A stretch of 64,000 nt of DNA. Source: Dipteris shenzhenensis (Eukaryota). How positions within the stretch are numbered: the first letter of the stretch is position 1; every line of letters starts with the position of its first letter. Positions 1 to 12,651 of this stretch are shown in pieces. The notes under the pieces were generated by a model. That model did no database searches. It was not told the DNA's origin and was given only the letters and a program-made list of their open reading frames with translations. The stretch lies in the NCBI GenBank assembly GCA_047967505.1, contig CM106538.1. The stretch is one strand, 5' to 3'. The position numbers and the translations under genes are program-made.

Positions 1-454
1 TTTTGTGCACCGGTTCTATCGTGTGGTCGGTGGCCTATTTCGAGACCGACCCCCAGTCGACCGTTTTGGGCAGACTGGGTCGGTCAATTGGGTCCAATCG
101 ACTATGACTGGTGGCAATATAAGAGCAAGCCCGTGAAGCCCATTTTATCACTGGCTACAGCAACCCTAATTCCTTAGCATCTAGCCTCCATCTTCTACTG
201 TTTCCAGCTTGCCATTGAAGCTTCTTTCACAGGAGCGCACGGTTGGGAGGCAGCGCCATCTATTGTATCAGTTCTATAGTAATCAAATTTTTGATTCTCC
301 ATACTATTTGGTTTTCTCTCTTGTGTACGAGATCCTGTTATCTGTTGAGCATAGACGTATTATTTTCTTACAGAAGAGACCCTGAACTACCCAATAGAGA
401 TCCTCAACCTTCCCCCACTCCCCCTTTCTTCCCTAGAATGAGTCTATGTGTGAG

Positions 455-2105
455 AAGTATATTGTTGTTTTAACTATCGAGCTACGTTAGGACAGTCACA
501 ATAACTCTAAGCTAGTTGATTGAAAGTAGCCCAGTGGGAAATTAGGAAATAAAATTATAAGAATTATAAGAACATTGTTTAAACTATATTAGGAAATCAA
601 CTTTTGGGCATACTAAGGCCATTAATTGAACTATAACAACACACAATACTTGTAAAACATATTGATGTTCCACCCACCAAGCTAGTTTGATACAGTCACA
701 TGAACTTCAAAAAGCCAGTCGAGTGGTTTACTAAAATTACAAAAGTAAACTTTTGGGAACACTAAGAATATTAATTAAACTATAAAAATCAAACTATATG
801 CAAAATATATTATTGCTTTAACCACTGGGATTAGTTAGGATATTGACAACCTTAAGCTAGCTCAACCTAGCGGTTGACTTGAACCATCCTACAATAGCAC
901 TATAATAAAATGCCATACATGTACAATATATTATTATTCTAACCACCTAATTGGTTTGTCCTTACAAGCCTAAACCAACTTGGATTGGTCGTTGACTTGA
1001 ACTAGCTTGCAATAACATTAATTAACACTGTAGTAAAACTTAGTACATACAAATATATTGATATTCCGACTATCGAGATGGTTTATGACAATTACAAGTC
1101 TAAACCAACCCATAGATTGGTGGTTGACTGTAATTAAAAAAGCCTATGAGATAGTTTAGGACCATCACAAGATGAAACCAATCCATCTTCTTGGTTGAAA
1201 TAAACCAACTTTTGCTTCAATAGGCAAAAGGTACGATCAACTCATTGAAGGACATTAAGGATCGCAGCTTGGTAAAGAGATGGATCGAGAACGTCATGCA
1301 AAATGGTCAATCAATCCAAGGAGAGAGCTACCAAAATTATAAAGGATTTGAGAGCGGAAAGTTTACTAGAAAAAAAAATCAGTATGGCTTTATTCACAAA
1401 GTTCGATGCAATAATGGGTTCCCTTTAGTCTCAGTTCGACGCAATAATGGGTTCCCTTCAATCTTAATACTTGATCTTCTCAAGCTTCCCCTTACAACTA
1501 GATGCACTCTCAGCTATTCAAAATGTCTTGACTATTTGATTTATCTCATGTGGATTTGTCTCAAATGGTCGATTGTGTGGAATTGGTTAAAATTTTAAAG
1601 TTTGATGATGTGTATTGGATGCATCTCTCCCACTAATCCAAGGTAGTTCTATGAATGTAATCCCATGGACCTGTTGCTTGTAGTCAGTCGTGGTTGAATT
1701 TTGAGGTATTATAGTGAATATAAGACTTGTGAATGTAAAATCATAAACATTTTGTAAACATTTTGAATATAAAATTATATAGTTGAAGAGTTTAAAATAG
1801 TACATGCAAAATCTATTGCTCTTCCAACTCCACCGGGGGCTTGTTTAGGACAATCACAAGCCTAAACCAACCCAACTCGATGTTGACTTGAACTAGCCTA
1901 TAATAACACTAATTAACACTATAATAAAGCATAGTACATGCAAAATATATTGATGTTCTAACGACTAGGCTAGTTTAGGATCCTGGATAATCACAAGCCT
2001 AAACCAGCCTAGTCTGGTGCTTGACCTCAACTAGCTTGTAATAACACTAATAAACACTAAAATAAAACATACTATATGTGAAATATATTACTAATTTACT
2101 ATTAA
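455..2105. repeat. Degenerate tandem repeat, unit about 125-135 bp, in two blocks (about 455-1185 and 1790-2105)
   Basis: Recurrent ctagtttaggacaatcacaagcctaaaccaacc...ttgacttgaactagc..taataacactaattaacactataataaa..atagtacatgcaaaatatattgatgttc, e.g. 1843-1972 versus 1973-2100 and 945-1075. Confidence 0.8.
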
Positions 2106-3049
2106 CACTGTATTAGTAATTTTGGAAAAATCCCAATGTTTGGAAAACTGAAACGGGGAGAGAGAAACCTTGTAATCTCCCATTTTAGGATCCCTTTCTC
2201 ATGTTCTTCTCATCTTTCTGGCCCATCTATCTTCACTCAACCATAAGGAATCTCTTGTTTCATTAATAGTGGATCTTTGTCTTTAATATTCTAGAGAATG
2301 TGTCCATTGTTTCATTAATTTTGGGAATCTCTTGTTTCATTAACAGTGGCTCCAAAACTAAGAGTTTGAAATTAAATTACTTTAAATTTGGTTTTTTTGT
2401 TGTAGAGAATGTATCCAATGTTTCATTAATTTTAGGAATTATGCATACATAAATTTTATTTTATTCAGAAAATATGTGAGTTGTTTCAATAATTTTGGGA
2501 ATGAACTATTTGTTGTGTAAACTCTAAAATCTAAATTTGTTCCATTGCAACACTATGCAAGCCATCTATAGTATACCTTTATAAAACATATTGCATCTAA
2601 GTATGGTGATTAGAGATTTTGTTGAATTCTCAACGTATTATAGATGGTATAAAAATACACTATTTATTTGGAACAGTACCCTTAGTCTAAGCTTGTCATT
2701 CATCAAAATAGTGTTGGACTCAAGTGTTATACATTCAACCACATTACTCCATTGCAAATCATGTAAGATGACAATCTTGCACACGTTACCTACTTTGAAT
2801 CTGCTTAATAGCCAAATATTAAAGACAACAACTGTTATAATTTAATGAACATTGAACTTTAGCTCAATCTAGACTCTTATCGATTAGTTCATTGACCCCT
2901 ACTATAGGCTTGCTTCTACTTTCTGACATATAGTAGGCGGAATTTTGGTCTTCTTAGGTGTCTTCTCTCCTTTCGATGTCCAACTCCATACTATTGAGTC
3001 TGCTTGCTCCCAATGACTAGGATCCTTGTCGTTGCACATCCAAAACTTC

Positions 3050-4530
3050 TCCCAACGATTTGTATACACTTCTTCCTCGATTGCATTTTTCTTATGTGAA
3101 CATTTTGCTTTTCACATTTTGCTGGTATCTTAGTTGCACCCAATTTGAACTTTATCGCACTATAAAGGCTACACTTTGAAAATGTGCTTGTACGAGAACT
3201 AAGACATGCCTAAAATTCATGTTTCAAATTCTATCATTTGGCACCTCCTTGTGTTTTCATGGTCAGATTGATCTCATGCAATATGTCCACTTATTTGTAC
3301 ATATTTGGAATGATGAGTTGGGTTTCTCTTTTCCCATCCATTATTGTTTGAGATTTATCAAGCATCCTTTCATCATTGTTATTCACAAAGTCATGTAATA
3401 TAGCTCTTGCCATCTCCACATGATCCCATCCTTTTCTAATGATTCCTTTGTTTCCATGCATGGCCTTTGTGCATCCAGCATTATGTTGTTCCTTATACCT
3501 ATAGTATGAAGTTTTAGAAATTTCGTGCAACTCATACCATGCCCTACAACACATTTCCCTCGCATCAAAGCTAAACAAGTGTCACACAACATCATTTGAA
3601 TCAATCCGTACAGCATTAGTGAAGGTATTGAAGATATGGATTATTCAATTCTCCAAGTTCATGTTCCAAAGCTCCAATGTCATTTACAAAACCAAACCTT
3701 GATATACAATCTGGCAATACTTCAACTTGTAACCATCTATAAGTGCCACTTGTTGAAACATCTTCGTATGTGCACTTCTTCTTCAAAGTGCATTCAATTT
3801 CCTCCCTAGCTTGCGATTGACCATATGATATTTTCTTTTTGTGTAAAATAGTTCAACATTCAACCAACTTACCAATACTCCCATCTTGTGCTTTGGAATT
3901 ACTAACAATCCATCCATGCATTCTTCATAGACCAAGGATTGTAACATTGAGCCATCCTTAAATGTGATCTAATCTATAGGCCATTCCTCTAGAGTTAGAA
4001 TAGAAATTTTAACCATGTTATTGTTCAAATTCTCCAAGTGAGGTATATTATCTTTGACTATCACTCCTATATCATTTTCACCTAACTCTTGAAAGTTTAC
4101 AACCTCATAAGGTTGTTCTAGAAACAATACCCTTGTTTTAGGTGTTTGTATCTTATCTTTTGCCCATAGCAAAACTTTTCTCTCTCTCCATCCCTCCCGT
4201 ATGTATGTCCATCTAATCTACTAAATTGTATACTAATATTTACAATGCTACCTATATCATAAACCTTTAAATCTTTCATTTCCCACCTAATAGTGCACTG
4301 CATCACCAAGTTTGTATGTATTTATTGTCAAAAATGGAAGTTCAATGTCTGCATTAAAATAAACATCAACTGACACGGATGCACATGAAGACGCAATTTG
4401 CACACCCTGACATAGATTGCCTGTGTCATGGTTGAATATCGTACCACATGCAATAACATTGTCATCAATACTAAGTTCTACCATGTTATCATTGTTGAGC
4501 ATATAGCCTATAAAATATTCATGTTTTCAA
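3050..4530 (-). pseudogene. Degenerate DNA-transposon protein remnant (Tnp1/En-Spm-like domain followed by a Sola-like transposase N-terminus)
   Basis: VIACGTIFNHD..CQGVQI...SVSVDVYFNADIELPF....YKLGDAV (4287-4502); FSFDAREMCCRAWYELHEISKTSYYRYK...HGNKG (3291-3578); STFSKCSLY near 3180. Many stops and frameshifts. Confidence 0.5.
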
Positions 4531-4553
4531 AATCATTCTCTTATATAATTCAA

Positions 4554-4555
<2 letters not shown>

Positions 4556-4610
<55 letters not shown>
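4556..4610. repeat. (CT)n microsatellite
   Basis: Perfect CT run. Confidence 0.99.
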
Positions 4611-4614
<4 letters not shown>

Positions 4615-5055
4615 GAGCTATTTGTCATGGATTTCCACCTTCTTGGAGTACAACCACTATTGTACCAACACACAAAGCCAGGGACCCTATGGAGGTGGGG
4701 AACTATCAAACCCTTATGATTGGCCACACTCTAGATAAGATATATGGATCGGCGGCTCTAGAGAGGGACCTCAGCAGTCATACAGAGGCTCGGGGGAAGC
4801 AGCGGGTACTAGGACAGGCAAGATTCCAGAGACAACACTCTACCCTAGATCACATCTTCACTTTGAGGGCTATCATTAAGGAGGCGAGGTCTACACACTA
4901 GAAAGTATACACATGTTTTGTAGACTTTTGACACTATCCCATGATCCCGCATGATCAGGAGGTTATAGGAGTTATAGATTCCAGAGACACTGATATGGCG
5001 GGTGATGAGCCCACATGAGTTAGTTAGAGGCCGAGTTCATGCCCCAGGTGGCCCT
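4615..5055 (+). mobile_element. RTEX-like LINE reverse transcriptase fragment
   Basis: HGFPPSWSTTTIVPTHK..DP....NYQTLMIGHTLDKIYGS...GQARF....STLDHIFTLRAII...KVYTCFVDF. Confidence 0.85.
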
Positions 5056-5064
5056 TTTCATCAT

Positions 5065-5487
5065 CCACCAAGCTTAGTTTTAAAACCTAGCTTGACTCGA
5101 GCTTGGAAGACAAGCTCGGTGGTTTTAAAACCGAGCTTCATGGATGAAGAAAAGACAAGCTCGATTTTAAAATCAAGCTTATCTTCTGAAGTTCCGTTCT
5201 AAAACCGAGCTTGGCTTCTTATGAAAAAAGTTGAGCTTATCTTCTGAAGTTCCGTTCTAAAACCAAGCTTGGCTTCTTATGAAAAAGTTGAGCTTGTCTT
5301 CTCATCCTCCACGAAGCTCCATTCTAAAATTGATCTTGGCTGCTCATGAAAAAGTTGAGCTTGTCTTTTCCTCATTCATGAAGCTCAATTTTAAAATCAA
5401 GCTCCGTGGAGGATGCAAAGACATGAGCTTGTCTTCATATGCTCAGTTTTTTCATGTGAAGCCAAGCTTGATTTTAAAATTGATCTT
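5065..5487. repeat. Tandem repeat, unit about 55-60 bp, about 7-8 degenerate copies
   Basis: tctaaaaccgagcttggcttcttatgaaaaaagttgagcttatcttctgaagttccgt repeated (best pair at about 5165-5300). Confidence 0.85.
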
Positions 5488-8400
5488 TGTTGGGGTAAAG
5501 GGCAGTGTGCCCACCCACTTGTATAGTGCCCATGTATACTCATATATATATGAAAGAGGAATAAGCTGGAGTAGCTTTTGCTCCACCACTTTTGGTGTCT
5601 CCTATCCCTTTGTGTGTGCTCTCCTCTCCCACAACTGGTATCAGAGCCCATGGCGTTCGATCTACGAGGAGCTCGGTGAGAGGAGAACGGGCACTGCTTC
5701 GAGAGATCTACCGGGAGCTTTGGAGAGCTTGATTCTCTCATTCATGGAGAGATTTTGGGTAGACATCATCCAAATCTGTTTGCTCTACAATGCAGCTGCA
5801 AGAATCACTTTGGGTTATCTTCCAGCGCTCCAGTGCTCTAGCAACCTAGCGTTGGAAGGAGACCGCTGTCCGTTGGTCTTGACGTTGTCTCGTGGGAGCC
5901 TATCGTTGGCTGTTGATGCATCCTTTGCAGCAAGTGGCTGGCCGTTGTGTGCTTGTTGGAGGCATTGGTTATCATGGGCAGCTAGTAGATAGGCGTCAAG
6001 AGCAATTGTTGCTGCTATTCTGTGAGCCAAGAGTCGGTTGGTGAGCAACTTCTTTGGCGTAAGAGACCGTGAAGGAGCCCTGGAGAGCTGCATATGCAAC
6101 TTGTGGTGGAGTTCGCACAGTCCTCCAATTGCGATTCCGTCGACACCAGTCTTCCTAAAAATTTGCAATTGTGCTACCTATAACCTCACATTGAGGTTTC
6201 CTCCCTGCAAATTTGGGTCTTATTTTGGCGCCATAGCCATTCTTGGCACTTGCAGGTTCCAGTCTTGGCATAGTTCTTTGCCATTGTCTCTAGCTCATCT
6301 GGGAGCTGTTGGGGATTGCATGTTTGATGCAGTTGTATGCCTGGGAGATAGCCGGTGTTGCATTTGAGGTCTTGGAGCTGAGCATTGGCTGATTTTGGTC
6401 TCTTTGCGGGACATTTTGCAGAAGTACGCCTTGTGGACATTGTGTGGGATATGTGCTTGTGCACTATGCAGCTTCTTTTGGTTGCAGTTGAGCTTTGTTA
6501 GCTCGTGTTTTCCCGTGCATTTGGGTCCTTGTACGGACATTCTCTGGTGCATCTTAGTCCTTGTGAACATTCCGTTACATTTAGTCAGTGGGTTGCATAT
6601 CTTTTTTGCAGATACATCACTTTGGCAGTGGCAGTGACACATGCTTTGACAGTGGTACATGCCTGGTTGAGATGCCTTGACAGTTTGTTGGATGCATGGT
6701 TATTTGCCTATGTTGGATACATACGGTGGTATGGTGATGTATAGAGATCCTATCAAATGAGCATTGTTTCGAGCTGTTTTCAGGGCTGATTTGATACCGT
6801 ATTCGGGACTGATTATATGGCATTGTGTTTGCCATTGGTCAGGACATTACAATTGCTGCTGTTGCTGTTTTTATGACAAAACAGTCATTTTCAGGACTGA
6901 ATATCTCTTTTCTGGTGCGGAATTGCACTTTGTGCCGAACTGGAAAGTTGTAGCTCGCAGAACATACTACAACTTTGCTTTTGGAAGCAAATTGATCCGG
7001 TATAAGCTGCAGGAGTTACAGCCTCTGCAAAACCACAAAAAGTTGCAGTCTACTGTCTATTTGTGACCAATGTGCAGGAAGCTATTTTTCAGGTGAGAAT
7101 ATCTGAGAATCCACAAGGATTTGGCTCCTGAGATCAACTGACAAGTTGTAGATCTTTCTACCAGCTACAACTTTGCTGTTTACAGCTTTGGCATCCGGTC
7201 TTTCAATGAAAAGATATCGCTGTTCAAAAACAGGGACAGCATGTTATTTTGCCCAAAGTGGCTGTGAGGTATTGTTGTAGGAATTTCTCTTGCACAACAG
7301 TGAATTGGGAACTCACAGTAAAATACAGAAAGTGATTGGGATCTCACTTCAGTCCAAGGGCATTATTGGCATTTAGGCAAGTCACTTTGGCACATTTGGC
7401 AAGTGGTGAATGCTTGATTTTGTTGCCAAAGGATTGCACACTCGAGGTGATGCATCAGTAAATGCCATTTCGATGCATTATGGATTTGCATTGGTGGATG
7501 CCGCACTAATGTTTATGGATAGTTGAGCTGGGCTTCTATTGCCATTGGTTGAGCAGGCATTGCTCATTTGGTTCAGTGCATTTCTGACTTCAATTGCCAA
7601 GCATTGGCAGGTTACTGGGCTACATATATTCTTGTTTATGCCTCTTTATGGCTGAGTGCTTTTGAGCATTGGATCAGCCAGTTTATTTGGAGACCTGATT
7701 GGTCTGGACAACACTATATTTTTGGTCATTTGGGTTGCCTATTGCACTATACTGCTCTTTGGTTGTGAGCTATTGTGCCATAGATATGGCATCTACAGCT
7801 GGTAGTGCCCTCTTTGATATTGAGAGGTTGGATGGATCAAACTTTCAGTATTGGAAAGAGCAGATTTTTGATGTGTTAGTGCAGAAGAGGCAACATAAGC
7901 CCATTCAATGCAAAGGTGTCAAGCCTAATAGCATTAAACAGAGTGATTGGGATGACATGGATGAGCAAGCATGCTCTATCATTCAGGCATCACTCTCGAA
8001 GTCAGTCTACTTGCAGATACAGGATGGTGTACAGGGTGTAGACTACCATGCATATGAGTTTTATACTCGTATATGCCGGATGTATGACCATGATAGTGTT
8101 ATGTTACAGCATGATGGGCTGAAATGTCCTGATGGGCTGAAATACAGCCTTGATATGCACTCCAAAGGTCAATCAATTGGTAGAAACAAATCATGTTCAA
8201 GGGGGAATTCCAAGAGCAAGTCTAGCTCTCGGACTTGTGTTAAATGTTTCTATTGTGGAAAGTATGGCCACATGAAAAAGTATTGCTGGAAATGGCTGAG
8301 AAAATACAAGAAGAAGAGCAAGGTTAAGAATGACAGGAAGAAGGAGAAGAAGCATGTTGAGCTTCAAGGCGTGAATGCCAGGGTTTCCACTGATAGTAGC

Positions 8401-10850
8401 AGTGATAAAGGCATTCTTTTGTCTATGTCTGACACCTCCTTCTTGGCCACTGATGTACCCATTCTCAGTGATTGGATGTTAGATCCATGTGCTTCATGTC
8501 ATATGACCCCTCATAGGTCATGGTTCAGTGCATATCAGGAATGCATTGTGGAGAGTGGTTTGATGGGCATTGATCATTCTATGGATGTCTATGGTTATGG
8601 GGATATCCACCTTGTTATGCCCAGTGGCTCTATCCTTGTTCTACAAAGGGTTAGACATATACCAGGACTTGCTACGAGCAAGATCAGTACTGGACAGTTG
8701 GTTGAGGCAGGTTATCATGTCTCTTTGGGTGATCATGCATGGAAGATTGCTAAAGGCAATCTGGTTATGGCTAGGGGATCACGGGTTGGATTCTCTTATG
8801 CATTGCATGTATCAAGTGTCCAAGATAAGATGCTTATGATTAGTAAGCAGCCATCAGCTAGTTTATGGTATGCCAGACTTGGACATATGTCTACTGCAGG
8901 TATGGAAGCCCTTACAACATTGAGATACATTCCTGTCATGGATGTCTCTCAAATTTTATGTCATGATTGTGATGATGGTCAGCAGTCAGGATCCTCCTTT
9001 GTGAGGAAGACAGTCAGTGAGAGGTATGTTGAGCCATTACAGTTGGTTCATGTTGGTTCATAGTGCAGTTTGTGGGCCTATGCCTACCATTTCACTGGGT
9101 GGCGCCTCTTACTTTGTGACATTTATTGATGCTGCTACAAAGTACATATGGGTATATCCGATTCGGCAGAAGCATGATGTATATGATACATTTCAGCGCT
9201 TCTTGGGTAATGCTGAAAATCAGTCAGGAAAGAAGCTATTGAGCTTGATGGTTGATGGTGATGCAGAGTTTACCTCTTCTAGATTTCAGCATCTATGTGA
9301 TACACTTGGTATCAGGAGGGTGTTGACCACTCCTCATCTTTCTACTCACGATGCCTTAGCAGAAGGCATAAATCGGATTCTATTGGACAGGATTGGTAGC
9401 ATGCTACGGTATGCAGGTCTTACCGAATGCTATTGGGCTAAGGCATGTAAGACAGCTGCATACTTGCTTAACAGGTCACCCAGGAGATCTCTGAATGGTA
9501 GAGTGCCATTTGACTTCTTGACAGGCAGGGCACCATGTTATGAGCATTTACGTGTGTTTCTCTGTGAGGCTTATGCTCATGGTTCCCGATCGAGGAGGTG
9601 TATCTTCCTTGAATACAGTGAGTCCAGTAGGGACTACAACTTATGGGATTCTTCAACTAGAGAGTTGATACACAGCCATAATGTCTATTTCAGAGAGGAT
9701 GCTATGTTTAGACAGCCCAGGACTGTGGATAGCAGGAAAGTGGTGTTCCAGGAGGGTGTAAGTGCACTGATACCTCCGAATTCTTTGCACGGGCAGCCCA
9801 TATCCCTTGGAGTGGGAGGCTTTTCCCATGGTGAGCAGATTATAAAGTTGGGACAGCCACGATTACTTCCTGATTTTGGTCAGAGTCTCGAGTATTCCAC
9901 AGGTTTATACTCCTATGGAGATTGTTGATGCATCTTCTATGGACAGTTACAATTTACTCCTAGGATGCGGAGTGCCTCTTGCAGATGAGGATGAGGCTAT
10001 GCATGGTGAGGAGGATACCTTGGCTAATGATGCCCGGTATGATCCATTGGCTAGTTATGCCAGGACAGATGTGATTTATGCAGTTATTGACTCGGGTCAT
10101 ATTGCACACGGGCAAGAATCATTGATATGTTTGCTTCGTAAGTGCCTTCATGGCCAAAAGCAATCCCCTCCAGCTTGGCTTCATAGGTTTGATACCGTTA
10201 TGAGAGCTCAGGATGTGATGCGCAGTGAGACAGGTTATGGTCTCAGTATTCAGGAGATTGCTATCCTTCTGAGGTTACTTGCCATATGGTTCCTTATGGA
10301 CAGGGATGCTTTCCAGTGGGAGCTACATGATCTTGATGATGTTTGTCAGATACTTGGTTATTTCAGTATGGACAGGGGGAAGTTACTGAGTACTCCATTG
10401 CCTGTATTGGCTCCATACTTGAAACACAGCAGGTTTGATGATCATAGATCAGTTGAGCAGCAAGTTATGGTTGATATGGTAGCCATAGTACTTCATGCAT
10501 CCATGACTGTGTTGAGACTTGGTTCTCACATGTTTGCCATTGGGGCTACACTTCCGGTTCTTGCTTCCGTTGCAGTGGGAGTTAGTAGCATGATTATGGT
10601 AGATTTTGGCAGTAGGGAAGCGGTTGTGGACATCAGGTCCTTATGCTTCCAGGAGCAACATGCAGGTGATGCAGGTTGGGTAGACCAGCAGAGGTCTATT
10701 GTAGGGCATGTGCTTATATGGTCACAGGTGGTACAGAGACATTTTCTTTACACAGTGACAGTTCAGGTGCTATGGACTTAGCACAGGAGCACGTGGTGGT
10801 GAGAGTTAGTGAGATCTGGCATGAGATCTTGGTTGACAGGCATCTATAGC
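5488..10850 (+). mobile_element. Ty1/Copia element A, degenerate, no 3' LTR found
   Basis: Short LTR TGTTGG...CCCACA 5488-5633; PBS TGGTATCAGAGCC 5636-5648; gag LDGSNFQYWK and CFYCGKYGHMKKYC; protease WMLDPCASCHMT; integrase LWYARLGH, YFVTFID, YWAKACKTAAYLLNRSP; collapsed RT. Confidence 0.9.
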
Positions 10851-10934
10851 TCGTCATTTTCTATCCTGCAAACCTGACGTCTGCTAGCAGCTTATCCTCT
10901 ATGCACTTTCCACATTGTAAAGTACCGATGGGCA

Positions 10935-11335
10935 TAGGAGAGAGAGTGGTGCAAAGGGAGATTGAGAGGGACACGAGGAGTAAGCAAGGAGGGCTAGCTC
11001 TAATATGCATCATTGTGAGAGGAAAGATAAAGGAGGAAATGAGAACTAAACAAGAGAGGAAAAGTGATTGCGACCGCATGAGGGAGGGAAGGGAAGAGGG
11101 GAGAGGAGGGGAGAGAAGGGAAGGGAGGGGAGAAGAAGAGAAGGGGGGATGGAAATGCCGGAGGTAATAGAAAAGGGGGGGAAGAGGAGAGGGACAATAG
11201 AGGAAAGGGAAGGGAGGGGAGGGGAATGGAAGGAGGGAGAGAAGGAAAGTGAGGGAAGGGGAGGGAAGAGGAGAGGGGAGGAAAGGGGAGGGGAGTGGAG
11301 GAAAGGAAAAGTAAAGGGGTAAGGGAAGGCAGAAG
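10935..11335. repeat. Purine-rich (G/A) low-complexity tract
   Basis: Nearly pure G/A from about 11080 to 11335 with many GGG(G) runs. Confidence 0.9.
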
Positions 11336-12254
11336 TAATTCTCTTTTTCTTCTCCTAAATCTCCATCACTCGTCCTATTTTCTCTCTTCTCGCGGTTTTA
11401 GATAGGTTTCAACCAATAAACCTATATATTCACTCACCCCTCCCATAACTCAATCATTCCATCACTATTTCGATACACTACAAAAGAAATAAGCTCAACA
11501 AGAGAGGGGTGTGAAGAAATATTGAGAGGATCGCAAAGAGGATAAGGATTCGCGGTTGCACGATTCTCTTTATTAAAAAAAACAAATCTACGCGACTACA
11601 CCTGCAAGAAGTAAGGAAAGGGAGGAAAGGAGGGTTTTCTTTTGTTTTTAAAAGAAATATAAATGGGCTTCCATTATAAGCCACGTTTTTTATTTAGTAA
11701 ATAAATAAAATATAAATTAAATTAAATTTAAAAATCGTGTGACCAGTGGCACAAATTATGTATAAAAATTTGCAAGTTTCCTTCATAGCCTAGTTTTCCC
11801 TTATTAATTAAAATCGTAGTGTCTCAAAATTACGCTTTCATTTGAGAAGGATTTTGAAGTTCTGCCTAAAAACAAAGAAAAGTCTAAAAGTAATGAAATA
11901 GGTGTTGTCTATAACATCTCATTGAGGATCAGTCTCCAAAGCATTATCTTAAGATTACAGAATCAACAAATATGTCGATAGTCGTCTCTGCCCCACCCCC
12001 CCCCCCACCAAAAAAAAAAGCTAGGGGTAGCCTCCATCCTTAGTGTGTGCTATTTCCACCAAAAATACTATTGATACAATCAATATATTTACATAGATTT
12101 AATGAAGCCAATAAAATGTTGGAATTGTAAACAAGCTTGAGTACAAGATGCCAAGAGGTGGGTGGGGCTAGAGGTGAGTTGGGCTATGCCATCTAAACGC
12201 TTCTACCACATTAGTGGCTGCTTCATTCCCTTGGGGGGCAATCTTCAAGTATCA

Positions 12255-12412
12255 TCAAGCCTCTCCACCTCTACCACCACCTCTACCACTTTCCACATCA
12301 CCAACTGGTCCATTCTCTTGGGGGTCAGCACTTGGATGTCGACGAGGAAAACAAGGGAACCCAACCAGCTTGAAATTGGTCCCAATTTGAAGATAGTTGT
12401 ATGGTGCCATAC
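12255..12412 (-). CDS. LPP: LPP coding exon 7 (terminal, stop TGA)
   Basis: tactgaag|(S)MAPYNYLQIGTNFKLVGFPCFPRRHPSADPQENGPVGDVESGRGGGRGGEA*. DVESGR resembles the C-terminus of plant LPPs. The acceptor is a weaker AAG, so that boundary is less certain. Confidence 0.85.
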
Positions 12413-12591
12413 CTTCAGTACATGCAGTGATATTAACAAGATAATCTGCTTTTTGAATTAAAAATGCAATCTACATGGAATAATCTGATCCTCATTTGCA
12501 AATAAAACGCAAATCAATTGCCAATAAAATGTGGATCAGAATAAAAGATAGGTAGCCATGCTTTGGAAAAGATGGATAACATTCAACTCAC

Positions 12592-12651
12592 TGGTGTCAA
12601 GAAATAGTGAGGGGAAAAATTGATGATAGCACAAAACTGCCATTGTTAGAC
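12592..12651 (-). CDS. LPP: LPP coding exon 6
   Basis: tttgcag|(G)LTMAVLCYHQFFPSLFLDT(S)|gtgagt. 60 nt, CYxQFFP motif, phase 1 to 1. Too short for the ORF track. Confidence 0.93.

Noticed and set aside
1-372. 3' end of an LTR ending ...ttcttaca
   Set aside because: Plausible by composition, but there is no partner LTR, PBS or TSD in the window to support it.
5065-5487. CRISPR-like array
   Set aside because: Eukaryotic context; whole units repeat with no unique spacers.
10901-11322. R/E/G-rich ORFs
   Set aside because: Translations of the purine low-complexity tract.
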